From an uncultured Verrucomicrobiae bacterium (GTDB lineage: Bacteria > Verrucomicrobiota > Verrucomicrobiia > Chthoniobacterales > UBA10450), in contig CAWFGO010000001.1 in NCBI GenBank assembly GCA_963815455.1, forward strand, positions 832,001 through 896,000: DNA of 64,000 nt. The letters are read 5' to 3'. The notes below the pieces were generated by a model. The model had not been told where the DNA came from. It searched no databases and was given only the letters and a program-made list of their open reading frames with translations. A program made the translations under genes and the position numbers. Shown here one piece after another: positions 31,675 to 41,096 of the stretch. Every line of letters starts with the position of its first letter. Within the stretch, counting starts at the first letter, position 1.

Positions 31675-31699
31675 GGGAAGCTGTCAGCTTCCCCTACAG
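31675..31699 (-). repeat. GTAG-type REP upstream of RAYT, inverted relative to 31160
   Basis: Minus strand CTGTAGGGGAAGCTGACAGCTTCCC. Confidence 0.88.
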
Positions 31700-31735
31700 G
31701 GATCGCGCAGCAAAGTCGTTGAGAACGTGTGCTCA

Positions 31736-33409
31736 TTAAATCACGCCCGAAGACGGTTGGGCCGATTCCTTCCCGGGCCGGATCGGCGCGATCTTGACCA
31801 CGTTCTCCGGATCGTAATCGATCAACTTTAACCAATCCTCGGTGACATCGCTCGGCGGGAAAATATCGTTCTCGATATATTCGGCATCAAAGGCCACACG
31901 CAAATCGTTTTCGGTAATGCCTTCCTCCATTCCGCTGGCGATCGAGCGCTTAATCGCCGCCGCTTTTGCCCGTTCCACAATCGAGGCGATGATCGCGCCG
32001 CTAATGAGATCGCTGCGGTAAAGCGTTTCCTTGCGGCCACTGCGTAATGTCACTTCAAGGAACTTGTTTTCATCGCGCCGCATGAATTGCCAATCAACGA
32101 AACGCTCGATCAAACGCTCGATGGCCTCGCCGATATGAGCCGCTTCCTTGGCCAGCGCGCCGTCGTAAGGTAAATCGTTAGTCAAATAAATGCGATAAAC
32201 TTCTTTCGCACCTTCTTTATTCGGGCGGTTCACTTTGATTTTCCGATCGATCCGTCCGGGGCGCAAGATGGCTGGATCGATCAGATCGGCTCGATTGGAA
32301 GCGAGAATGATAACCACGTCGTTGAGCGAATCGATCCCGTCCATCTCCGAGCAAAACATCGGGACGAGCGTCGAGAGAATGTTCGAGTAACGGGAAGCGC
32401 GCCGTGTGCCGAGGATCGATTCGGCTTCGTCGATAAACAGGAATGGCATGAACCCTTCCCGTCGCTTCTCCCGCGCCGTGGAAAAAATTTCGCGCACGAT
32501 CCGCTCCGACTCGCCCACCCACATGTTTAAAATCTCCGGGCCTTTGACATGCATGAAATATTCACGCATCTCGACGCCGGTTTTTTCCCGGAGTTGCTTG
32601 GTCAGATTATAGGCCGTGGCTTTGCCAATGAGCGTTTTGCCGCAACCAGGCGGACCGTAGAGCAGAAAACCTTTGGGCGTGGCGTGCTGAAATTTTCGGA
32701 AAAGATCGACATGCAGCAGCGGAAGCTCGATTGCATCTTTGATCGCCTGAAGCGCCGCTTCCTGTCCGCCGACTTTTTCCCAAGGCAGGTCCGGCACAAT
32801 ATCGAGATAATGTTCGTGCGACTTGGGGCTGGAAAGCATCTCGAGCGCCATCCGGTAATTCGAATCGACCCGGACCTCGTCGCCCGATTTCAAAGTTGAG
32901 TTCGCCAGATCGTCCGAACGCTGAAGCACCACCGCCTGCAATCCGTGTTCCGAACCGACGCGCAATCGATCGTTCCCCAGGACTTCGGTGATCTTCGTCA
33001 CCGGTCCGCTCGTCTCGAATCCGAGATCGCCGACGATGACGAACGCCTCGTTCACCAGAACGCGCGTTCCTTTTTTCATTTTCGCCAGTGGAATGCGCGG
33101 ATCGACATTGCAAAAATAGTCGGCGCCGCCCACCACGATATGGGCGGTGTTGGGCGAGGTCGCACCGAGAAATGTGCCGATCCGATTCGCCGGCGAAGTG
33201 ACCTTCTTGATCACGTCCTCGAGTTTCTCGATCATCCGGCGTGCCTCGATCACCATCTCCTCCCGATCGGAAATTTCCGCCCGCAACGCGAGCAGCTCGT
33301 AACGGATCGGATCACCCGGCGGGAGCGCAGCAACAACTCGATCGAACTCATCGAGAAAATTGCGCGCGGCTGATTTATCTTCTTCGCCCTGGAGTCCTTC
33401 GTCGCTCAT
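31736..33409 (-). CDS. arc: Proteasome-associated AAA+ ATPase ARC/Mpa
   Basis: N-terminal coiled coil, OB interdomains, IELP, GPPGCGKT, KGPEILNMWVGESER, FIDEAES, ASNRADLIDPAILRPGRIDRKI. Confidence 0.92.
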   Translation of the reverse strand: MSDEGLQGEEDKSAARNFLDEFDRVVAALPPGDPIRYELLALRAEISDREEMVIEARRMIEKLEDVIKKVTSPANRIGTFLGATSPNTAHIVVGGADYFCNVDPRIPLAKMKKGTRVLVNEAFVIVGDLGFETSGPVTKITEVLGNDRLRVGSEHGLQAVVLQRSDDLANSTLKSGDEVRVDSNYRMALEMLSSPKSHEHYLDIVPDLPWEKVGGQEAALQAIKDAIELPLLHVDLFRKFQHATPKGFLLYGPPGCGKTLIGKATAYNLTKQLREKTGVEMREYFMHVKGPEILNMWVGESERIVREIFSTAREKRREGFMPFLFIDEAESILGTRRASRYSNILSTLVPMFCSEMDGIDSLNDVVIILASNRADLIDPAILRPGRIDRKIKVNRPNKEGAKEVYRIYLTNDLPYDGALAKEAAHIGEAIERLIERFVDWQFMRRDENKFLEVTLRSGRKETLYRSDLISGAIIASIVERAKAAAIKRSIASGMEEGITENDLRVAFDAEYIENDIFPPSDVTEDWLKLIDYDPENVVKIAPIRPGKESAQPSSGVI

Positions 33410-33460
33410 GATGATTTGGGTCTTTACGCCAGTCCGGCTCGGACCCGCCGAATCGGTGCC

Positions 33461-33489
33461 ATTATAACTTTATGGTGTCTTTTGTGCAA
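33461..33489 (-). promoter_or_regulatory. Sigma-70-type promoter upstream of arc
   Basis: Minus strand TTGCAC-N17-TATAAT, about 50 nt before the arc ATG. Confidence 0.7.
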
Positions 33490-33583
33490 TGTTTCGACGC
33501 GATACCCGCATAAAATGTTCAACCAACGAATTGCCGCCACGTTGCACCAGAAACGCCAATTGCCTGGATGAGCGCCCCCCGCC

Positions 33584-34105
33584 GTGAAATTCGATCTTCA
33601 ACCAACACTACGGGGAAATTTGATTGAGTTGCGCCCTCTCACCCGCGATGACTTCAACGCGCTTTTCGCGGCGGCGAGCGATCCGCTCATCTGGGAACAG
33701 CATCCGGAAAGCGACCGATACACGCGGAAGGTCTTTCAGAGCTTTTTCGACGGAGCGATTGATTCCAAGGGCGCCTTTGCCATCGTCGAAGCCAAGTCCG
33801 GCAGAATCATTGGAAGTTCGCGCTACTGCAATCTCGATCCGGCTGAGCGCGAGGTGGAGATCGGCTGGACGTTCCTGGAACGCGCGTTTTGGGGCGGGCC
33901 CTGCAATGCCGAACTGAAATACCTCATGCTGGACCACGCCTTTAGATTTGTTGATCGCGTCGTCTTTGTTGTCGGCGAGAAGAATATCCGATCGCAAAAA
34001 GCGCTGCTCAAGATCGGCGCCCGGTTCTTGAAGAAGACGCAACGGCCGGCCCGTGACGGCTCCACGACGTCCAATGTCGTATTCGTAATTACGCGGGATG
34101 AGTGA
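33584..34105 (+). CDS. GNAT (RimJ/RimL-like) N-acetyltransferase
   Basis: LQPTL.G..I.LRPL, SDPLIWEQHP, EIGWTFL, WGG..N.ELK.LML, N.RSQKA..KIGA. Confidence 0.9.
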   Translation: MKFDLQPTLRGNLIELRPLTRDDFNALFAAASDPLIWEQHPESDRYTRKVFQSFFDGAIDSKGAFAIVEAKSGRIIGSSRYCNLDPAEREVEIGWTFLERAFWGGPCNAELKYLMLDHAFRFVDRVVFVVGEKNIRSQKALLKIGARFLKKTQRPARDGSTTSNVVFVITRDE

Positions 34106-34218
34106 GTGCGTCCGCCGATGAAATTGTTGCAAACATTTAACCTGATGGCCACTCGCCTGTTACACGGGTGTGCCAGGATCGAGAATGCGATCCAACCACC
34201 GAAGTTGGGTCGCTCCAT

Positions 34219-34422
34219 ATGCATAGAAACGGAAACGGCCATTTTGCGTTGGAACCAACTTCCCGCCGCGCCATTCGTCGTATTCAAGATGGTGTCCGCC
34301 AAATGCCGCTTCGCACAAACGGAGTCGACAGTCCTTTTGCAACCGGGACGGTCGGCCGCACTCGAAGGTTACTGCTGGCCGCACTGCGGGTCTGGGAACT
34401 AAAACGCGGAATCCGTGACTGA
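34219..34422 (+). CDS. Small basic hypothetical protein (67 aa)
   Basis: ATG-started ORF filling the gap; stop 4 nt from the convergent gene's stop; no recognisable motif. Confidence 0.4.
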   Translation: MHRNGNGHFALEPTSRRAIRRIQDGVRQMPLRTNGVDSPFATGTVGRTRRLLLAALRVWELKRGIRD

Positions 34423-34426
34423 CCGC

Positions 34427-35986
34427 TTAGGAGAGCGAGAGTTCGTCGAAAAGCGCCTCTTCATCCAGAATGCGTTTGGCGTCGTCGAAGATGGAACGGG
34501 CTTCTTCCGGCGAATTTCCCACAGCAGTGAGGCCGAGGCGTCCCGCGCTGCCCAATGCGCTAAGCATATGGAAAACAACTCCCGTCTGACGAACCTGACC
34601 GAAATGCAGGCCGCGTCGGACGACAAGATCGAACAGATCATCCGGTGTGAATCCCCGGTAGCGCGGCGACTCCACGTGATCGCTGGCCACGAGAAATTTC
34701 TGGCGACCGTTTGATGACGTAAACGTCGCAGCATCCGGATCGTAAACGCCGCCGGTGAGAAATTGCAAAGTTAGGAACGGATGGGTGGTCCCGCCCTTTC
34801 GCAGATTGATTTCGATCGCATAGGTTTCCCACGAGCTTGTGTCGTTTGCGCGAGTCACCACGAAATCGAGAGCGAACCGGCCGATCACGCCCGCATCGCG
34901 CAAAAGCTCGGCGACTTTCGCCGCGTCGCGCGTGATCGCGCCAGCATACGCCGGATCGGCCGGGAAGGTGCAGCCGAGGTAGCTTTGACCGCTGGGACCA
35001 CCCAGCATTTGATCGTGCGTAGAGAGAAGCTCCACTTTGCCCAGCGGCGTAATCCGGAGTTGCACGCTCGGGCTTCGCACCTCGGATGCGCCGACTCCCA
35101 CACGTTCCTCAACGATCCCGCCCCGCTCGCGAAATTTTGCCGCGTATTGATCGAACTTCGTCGAACCGAGTTCGAACTGCATGGCGCGGATCCGTTCCTC
35201 GATCGCGCTGTCGATTGGCGCGGACAGGTTCGACATGTCGACGATTGCGTTCCCTTCGCCGGAAACGCCCTCGTTCAATTTCACCACCGCCTGGGCCATC
35301 GATGGCCGTTTAGCGTTCATTTGAGCCAGCGCCGACGCGACTTCTTCGAGACTCGTCAAATTATCGAACCCAAGCGGATGATTAATCCCGGCTTGAGCGA
35401 ACAGTTGCCGGCACCCGGTTTTCGTCCCGAAGGAAAAATGCCGCGGGTCGGCCCCGTAAAGTGGGATGCCGAGACGCAGCGCCAGATTTCTTTCGAAAAA
35501 CGTCGTGTTGTAACAGACGAGATGCGCGCGGTCTTTGTCGGCGATGCCGGCTTCGATTCGCTGGAGAAGGCGCGGCCGCTCCAGGAGTTTGAGACTGAGC
35601 GGCCGGCTGGAATCATCGTAAGGCGAGAGCAACGTAAGTCGGCGCATGGCGTGGCTGGGGATCACGCCCGGAAGAAGATCGAGATAATATTCGATCACGC
35701 TGGGATGAATCGCCTGCGAGGTCACGTAGATCATTCGCGCCCGCGGTTGAGAAAGCAGCAACAGCAGAAAAAGAAAACGCTCTTCGTAAGCCTGGACCTC
35801 AAAACCGCTGATCGACATGTCCACCGTCATCGACGGCACAACGACAATGGTCTGTTCGTCCTGATTAAACGATTCAATCGACCGCCACAGCGGCACCAGT
35901 TTTTTCTGAAGGAGATCGAACCGCCTGGCCGCTTCATCCGGAGAAACGCCATCGGAAAGTCCAATCACACTGGGATCGCTGCTCAT
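34427..35986 (-). CDS. PGM1-related ATP-grasp peptide ligase
   Basis: YEERFLFLL, VKLNEGVSGEGNA, SPSVQ, STHDQ.LGG..GQSYLGC.FPA, EINLRKGGTTHPF; start taken at MSSDP because the longer ORF overlaps tRNA-Asp. Confidence 0.85.
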   Translation of the reverse strand: MSSDPSVIGLSDGVSPDEAARRFDLLQKKLVPLWRSIESFNQDEQTIVVVPSMTVDMSISGFEVQAYEERFLFLLLLLSQPRARMIYVTSQAIHPSVIEYYLDLLPGVIPSHAMRRLTLLSPYDDSSRPLSLKLLERPRLLQRIEAGIADKDRAHLVCYNTTFFERNLALRLGIPLYGADPRHFSFGTKTGCRQLFAQAGINHPLGFDNLTSLEEVASALAQMNAKRPSMAQAVVKLNEGVSGEGNAIVDMSNLSAPIDSAIEERIRAMQFELGSTKFDQYAAKFRERGGIVEERVGVGASEVRSPSVQLRITPLGKVELLSTHDQMLGGPSGQSYLGCTFPADPAYAGAITRDAAKVAELLRDAGVIGRFALDFVVTRANDTSSWETYAIEINLRKGGTTHPFLTLQFLTGGVYDPDAATFTSSNGRQKFLVASDHVESPRYRGFTPDDLFDLVVRRGLHFGQVRQTGVVFHMLSALGSAGRLGLTAVGNSPEEARSIFDDAKRILDEEALFDELSLS

Positions 35987-36071
35987 ATCGCCGAACGGTA
36001 AAACGCCCGGGAACTGTGCAAAGCACCAAGTGCCGACGCGAGCAGAATTTTCGCCAAACCTCGCGTCATTC

Positions 36072-36145
36072 CGGAGCCTACGGGGCTCGAACCCGCAACC
36101 TCCGCCGTGACAGGGCGGCGCTCTAACCAATTGAGCTAAGGCTCC
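36072..36145 (-). tRNA. tRNA-Asp (GTC)
   Basis: GGAGCCT/AGGCTCC acceptor stem, CCGCC-CTGTCAC-GGCGG anticodon arm, TTCGAGC loop; CCA not encoded. Confidence 0.96.
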
Positions 36146-36251
36146 TCGCAAAAAGCGGAGAGCAGCGTAGTCGCGCACCCGGCCGCTTCAACTGTTTTTC
36201 GCTCCATCGGAATCCTGACTGCAGGGCAACCGCAACGGCGGAACTCTGTTT

Positions 36252-36276
36252 TGCGGCCGACACGGCCGCCTCTACA
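36252..36276 (-). repeat. GTAG-tagged REP palindrome (third stem type)
   Basis: Minus strand TGTAGAGGCGGCCGTGTCGGCCGCA. Confidence 0.75.
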
Positions 36277-36283
36277 CCAATAA

Positions 36284-36304
36284 GCGAAACGCCCTGCGTT
36301 TCGC
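36284..36304 (-). terminator. Probable intrinsic terminator
   Basis: gcgaaacgc-cct-gcgtttcgc, then TTATT on the minus strand, just after the stop at 36311. Confidence 0.55.
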
Positions 36305-36310
36305 GGCCTA

Positions 36311-37117
36311 TTATTGACTTATGACCTGGCCGCCGCTGGTGAGCGCGAGCTGTTCGGCGATGACTTTGCCGTACACTTTGCCCCCGCTTAGAGCGACCTT
36401 CCGTTTAACGGCAAGCAGGATTCCCTGCATCGAAGTGCCCTGATTTAGGGAAACTTGCTCTCCGGTCCCGCGAACATTGAAAAGTACGTGAGAGGCCATG
36501 AGCCCGCCGGAAAGAACGATTTGCGAGTTATTGAGCGAAAATTTCCTACTGACGTTGATGATGTAGGTCGTCATCGCCGTTCCGGAGAGGGTGAACGTGC
36601 CGCCAGTCATGACGAAGTCCTGCAAATTGAGCACGATCTTTCCGGTACCGTTGAGCGTCACATTTTGATTCCCGTTCACGGTCGTGCCGTTAAAGGTTCC
36701 CATCGTGACAACGTAGCTGCCAGTGGACATCTCCATCGCGGCCATGTCGGAAAGCATCCGCGCATCGTTCAACGCGGTATTGAGGGTCGGGTCCTGATTC
36801 AGGAAAAGATTGCCGTTGTGCTGCGCCGGACCGCTTTTCTTAAACTTCCCGTAGTTGTTCATGTAAACGTCGCCGTCAATGACGCCATTTGACATGGAGA
36901 AGTTGCCCCTGCCCCCGACACCGACGTTTCCAATGATATGCGAGGGCCCGGTGAGAGTATTATTTGTGTCGTCCAAATCGCCGCTGGTCAACACGGTGAA
37001 CAAAGACACACTGCCCACGTTGATCGAGCCGTCTGGATTGACAACGATGGTCGCCTGCGCGCCGACCGCGCACAGGAAAATACCCGAGAAAAATAGTAGT
37101 TTGAGGCCGCGACGCAT
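36311..37117 (-). CDS. Secreted beta-helical protein (ice-binding-like DUF3494 / choice-of-anchor A-like)
   Basis: Signal peptide AQA; Gly/Thr/Asn-rich; FTVL..GNVGVG, IINV, VLFNV, GILLA, G.VIA pattern. Confidence 0.6.
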   Translation of the reverse strand: MRRGLKLLFFSGIFLCAVGAQATIVVNPDGSINVGSVSLFTVLTSGDLDDTNNTLTGPSHIIGNVGVGGRGNFSMSNGVIDGDVYMNNYGKFKKSGPAQHNGNLFLNQDPTLNTALNDARMLSDMAAMEMSTGSYVVTMGTFNGTTVNGNQNVTLNGTGKIVLNLQDFVMTGGTFTLSGTAMTTYIINVSRKFSLNNSQIVLSGGLMASHVLFNVRGTGEQVSLNQGTSMQGILLAVKRKVALSGGKVYGKVIAEQLALTSGGQVISQ

Positions 37118-37200
37118 GTTCGTCAGATTGCGACCAAGTGTGAGCCAAATGCCACCGCAGAGTCAAGCTTCAAGTTGCGTAGTCACACCCTTCTAGCGCC

Positions 37201-39609
37201 TTGGCTGACGCGACTTCGTTGCGCGGGCAACGAGTTTTATGGCAGGCTAGCGGTCCCTTGGCTCTTCCAGTTGTAGATTCGACCAAATCGGTGCGCCCGC
37301 CGGTGGCGTATGCCGTGCTTGGGCTGACTGTCCTGGCGCCGGCGATGGGCGGCTCGACCGAACTCTGGGCCCAGGGCATTCTGGCGATCGGTGCGGGCCT
37401 CCTTTTCACCCTGGCTCCGCCGCGCAGATCCCTCGGCCTTATTCCCAATCTCGGTCTTGTCGCGCTGTTCCTGATTGCTCTGCCTGCCTTCCTGCCGATG
37501 AGCTGGTTCGATCCGCCGGATTGGTGGATCGACATGTCCAGGCTGGGCGCTCAACTGCCCGGAACCCGCTCCCCGCAACCCTGGCTGACTTTGCAATGGA
37601 CTGGCCTTTTGTTGCTGGCACTGGCCTGGATGTATTACCTCGCCACCTTCGAATGGAGCCGTCGCTTGCGCGACAATGCCGGCGTCGTTTTCGCCATCGC
37701 TATTCTCGCCTTGGCGGTCGCGTTGACTCTATCTTTCATCCTCGCTCTTCGCATTCCATTCTGGCCCGAGACCAAGGAATTCGGATTTTTCCCGAACCGC
37801 AATCAAACTGGCAACGTTCTGGGCTTGGGTGGCGTCATGATTTACGCGCTGGGGTTGCAACGCTTCCAGGAAGATCGCAAATACTGGTGGCTTTGGCTCG
37901 CCAGTCTTCCGTTGTTGTGCTGGGCGCTTATCCTCAACTACTCGCGCGCCGGGATCATCCTCTTCTTTTTCGGCGCGCTGGCGGTGCATATTTATTGGTG
38001 GTCGATCGCGAAAGAACGGCGACGGCCAATGGTCGCGCTGGGCGGGCTCGCACTGCTCATCGCCCTTTTCATTATCAACGGCGGCGCGACCCTGGTCCGG
38101 TTCGGCAAAGAAACCGCCGGCTTCTTTTTGCCGACGCAAAACTTGCGATTGTCGATCTACCGCGACGCGATCGGCTTAATCGAAAAATCGCCCCTGCTGG
38201 GGAGCGGCCTGGGCAATTTCCGCGGGCTCTTCGCGCTCAACCGGAATTATTCGACAAATATCAGCCAGGCGGCACATCCGGAGAGCGATTGGCTATGGGC
38301 GGCGGCCGACGTTGGATTGATCGGACTGCTGCTCGGGCTCGTTCTTTTCTTTTGGTGGCTAAGACAATGTCCTCCGTTTGATGCCAGAACGAATCGCCTC
38401 GTGCGCGTCGCGGCAATGGTTTGCGGAATTGCCTTTGCCGTTCACGGAGTCTTCGATGTTTCCGGTCATCGTCCCGGCGCGCTTTGGCCAGCGATATTTC
38501 TTGCCAGCATCGCCATGCATCCGGAAAACAAATACCGTCGATCGACGGCCGTTTCGTTGACCTTTCGCGTTATTGGCGTGCTCCTTTTTGCCATCGGCAG
38601 CTGGTGGATGGCTTCCGTCTGCGGCTTGAAAACTCCTCCCACCAGCGCCACGGTCGAACGATTGCGGCCTCAAGTCGAGGCGGCAGTTGCCGCGGAAGAT
38701 TTCAACAGCGTCATAAAGATGACCTCCGCCGCTTTGGTCGTCGCGCCGCTGGACTGGGAGTTTTATTTCAAGCGCGGTGTTGCCGAAGCCGGTTCGTTTC
38801 GAGCGGGTTCGGAAGTGGATCGCGATTTTGCGATCGCACGGTACTTTTTGCCCAACTGGCCGGATCTTTATTTGAAAGAGGGACAGGTGTTGCTCGCGGT
38901 GGGCGAACCGGACCTCGCTTTCGATGTGTGGCAGAAGGGAATGCGACGTATTCCGAGTGAAGCGGCGCCGCTCTACGGACAGATCTTTGGGTTGATCCGA
39001 GGCGACGTTGCGCTCATCGATCGCTGGCGACAGCTCGCGAAAACCAACAAGGAATGCCTGCTGATTTTCCTCCAAAACGCCGGGCCGTTCGAGTTCCAAA
39101 TCGAGCTTCAGCGATTGCTGACGGACGATCCGGACCTACGCTCGTTTTCGGTGGCCGAATTGGCCGGGCTCTTTTCGTCCTGGTATCAAAAGGGCGGCAA
39201 ATTCGATTTGGCTCGGACACTGGAGGAGCACCCCGAATGGCGAAAAATCGGGTGGCGCGAACTGGCCCGGGCCTATGCGGATCGGGAGGATTACCGCCGC
39301 GCATACGAAACGGCGCAAGAATTCTTACCGCAACCTGAGTTGCCCCAATCGGGATCGCCTCAGCCTCTCGACAAGGCGCGTGCCCGTTTCCTTGTGAATC
39401 GAACGAATCTCGATGCCGGGCTCGACGTTTATTTCGCCCAGATCAGGGAAGGCGATATCGACAACGCCCTTGTCACTGTCCGCGAACTGGCCGCGCTACC
39501 AAACAGTCCGAAATATTTATCGTATTTCGAAGCCCAATTATGGGCCCAGAGGAAAGATTGGCGCCGAGCCTGGCAGGCGTTGGCCCGATTTGCGCTAGGG
39601 CAAGGTTAA
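37201..39609 (+). CDS. O-antigen ligase-family (Wzy_C) membrane protein with C-terminal TPR-like region
   Basis: FPNRNQ, SRAG, R..IY.DA..LI..SPLLGSGLGNF, HPESDWL, HGVFDVSGH; start uncertain. Confidence 0.85.
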   Translation: MADATSLRGQRVLWQASGPLALPVVDSTKSVRPPVAYAVLGLTVLAPAMGGSTELWAQGILAIGAGLLFTLAPPRRSLGLIPNLGLVALFLIALPAFLPMSWFDPPDWWIDMSRLGAQLPGTRSPQPWLTLQWTGLLLLALAWMYYLATFEWSRRLRDNAGVVFAIAILALAVALTLSFILALRIPFWPETKEFGFFPNRNQTGNVLGLGGVMIYALGLQRFQEDRKYWWLWLASLPLLCWALILNYSRAGIILFFFGALAVHIYWWSIAKERRRPMVALGGLALLIALFIINGGATLVRFGKETAGFFLPTQNLRLSIYRDAIGLIEKSPLLGSGLGNFRGLFALNRNYSTNISQAAHPESDWLWAAADVGLIGLLLGLVLFFWWLRQCPPFDARTNRLVRVAAMVCGIAFAVHGVFDVSGHRPGALWPAIFLASIAMHPENKYRRSTAVSLTFRVIGVLLFAIGSWWMASVCGLKTPPTSATVERLRPQVEAAVAAEDFNSVIKMTSAALVVAPLDWEFYFKRGVAEAGSFRAGSEVDRDFAIARYFLPNWPDLYLKEGQVLLAVGEPDLAFDVWQKGMRRIPSEAAPLYGQIFGLIRGDVALIDRWRQLAKTNKECLLIFLQNAGPFEFQIELQRLLTDDPDLRSFSVAELAGLFSSWYQKGGKFDLARTLEEHPEWRKIGWRELARAYADREDYRRAYETAQEFLPQPELPQSGSPQPLDKARARFLVNRTNLDAGLDVYFAQIREGDIDNALVTVRELAALPNSPKYLSYFEAQLWAQRKDWRRAWQALARFALGQG

Positions 39610-39694
39610 AAACGACGCTGAGAGCCGGCGCACAGGGTCTATTCCGCGCCTTCGGGATGAAACCCGTTGCGTGTAATCGACGATTATCAGTAAA

Positions 39695-41023
39695 ATGGCG
39701 GCCTCGATTTTGATGTTTCACTTTAATCTTTTCCCCTCGGGCCGCACGGCGCTGATGCTGCTTTTCCTGGCCGTTCCGGAGCTGCTCACCGCGCAGGTGA
39801 TGACGCCGCAATCGCTGGGCACTCATCCATCCGAGGATATTCCCCCTTCCACCAGCCAACCGGTTGCAACTCCTTCGCCCCCGCCGATCGATGAAGGACG
39901 GGCGGTGTCGCCCAATGTGCGCCGTCTGCATTACGAGCTGAAGCTGGATCTGCGCACCGCTTACGACGATAACATTCTCCTCAGCGCGCGCCGGAAAATC
40001 GGCGATTTCAATACTCGGATCGACCCGAGCATCGCCCTTAGTCTTGGAGACCAATCGGGCGAAGCAAACAGGCTGCATTTTCAGTACAATCCCGACATCG
40101 TCCTCTTTTTCGATCACTCCGAATTCGATACTCTTCAACACGTCATTCATCTCGATGGGCAGTCTAACCTCGGCCGATTGAAGCTGGGCCTGAGTGAAGA
40201 CGCCCAATTTCTCAATGGCACCGACGTTAACCAGGCGACCAATACCGGCACATTCGTTAACGCAGTAAATCTGGACGTACGCGGACAACCAGATGTCAAT
40301 ACCTTCGACACGCAATTGACCGCAGCATACGATCTGACGGGAAAGACTTCGTTGAGCGGCGCGTTTCAATGGTCGATTAGCGATTACAGCCAGTTCATCA
40401 GTTCCGAGCGAATTTCAGGGAGCCTCTACTTCAACTATATCTATGGCCCCAAGCTGACGATTGGCGCCGGCGGTTTGGTTGGAAGCGAACTTGTCGATGG
40501 GCCGACGACCGACCAAACCTTCGAGCAGATAAACGTGCGCGCTTCGTATGAGCTCACCGGGAAACTGATGGCGACCGGATCGTTTGGGATCGAGATCCGT
40601 CAGTTCGACACCGGGCGGGGCGATTACGTTTCGCCGGTGTTTGAGCTCGGCATCGACTACACCCCGTTCGATGGAACGATCTTCAACCTTTCCGGTTCGC
40701 GGCGCACCACCAATTCCGCTTCGTTGGCCGGGCAGGATTTTACTTCGACGCAATTGACCGCCAGTGTTCGGCAACGGCTCTTCCAGCGTTTTTTCGTCAG
40801 CCTCACCGGCGGTTATCAAAATCAGACCTACTTCGGGACGACCGGCGCGACCAGTTCGGCTCGGGACGATAACTATTATTTTATCCAACCGGCAATCGAT
40901 GTTAAAATCACTCGCTATTGGTACGGGGGCGGCTTTTATCTCCACCGGCAGAATGAGAGTTCAGCGAGCAGCTTTAGTTTTAACGAGAACCAGGTTGGTG
41001 TTCGGGCAACATTTACGTTCTAA
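39695..41023 (+). CDS. EPS-associated outer-membrane beta-barrel protein
   Basis: Signal peptide, YDDNI, amphipathic strands, C-terminal Phe; upstream of wza/wzc. Confidence 0.8.
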   Translation: MAASILMFHFNLFPSGRTALMLLFLAVPELLTAQVMTPQSLGTHPSEDIPPSTSQPVATPSPPPIDEGRAVSPNVRRLHYELKLDLRTAYDDNILLSARRKIGDFNTRIDPSIALSLGDQSGEANRLHFQYNPDIVLFFDHSEFDTLQHVIHLDGQSNLGRLKLGLSEDAQFLNGTDVNQATNTGTFVNAVNLDVRGQPDVNTFDTQLTAAYDLTGKTSLSGAFQWSISDYSQFISSERISGSLYFNYIYGPKLTIGAGGLVGSELVDGPTTDQTFEQINVRASYELTGKLMATGSFGIEIRQFDTGRGDYVSPVFELGIDYTPFDGTIFNLSGSRRTTNSASLAGQDFTSTQLTASVRQRLFQRFFVSLTGGYQNQTYFGTTGATSSARDDNYYFIQPAIDVKITRYWYGGGFYLHRQNESSASSFSFNENQVGVRATFTF

Positions 41024-41096
41024 GCGTAACTTCGTAGCGCTTCTTACAAGTGCCGTCCGGTCCCGGATTCCCTGGTTGCTGGCGGTTGGTTGGGTG

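Noticed and set aside
33447..33462. Sigma-54 motif upstream of arc (TGGCACCGATTCGGC, minus strand)
   Set aside because: The -12 box is poor, and a near-perfect sigma-70 promoter directly adjoining it explains the region.
29964..36001. Long antisense ORFs (e.g. 29964-31175, 34781-36001; also 14026-14868)
   Set aside because: These are shadow frames opposite well-supported genes in GC-rich DNA, with no recognisable motifs.
22466..36145. Genomic island bounded by tRNA-Phe and tRNA-Asp
   Set aside because: No integrase, no duplicated tRNA 3' end noticed, and the interval contains guaA and aat.
35987..36178. N-terminal extension of the ATP-grasp ORF
   Set aside because: It overlaps tRNA-Asp; the ATG at 35986 is the more plausible start.
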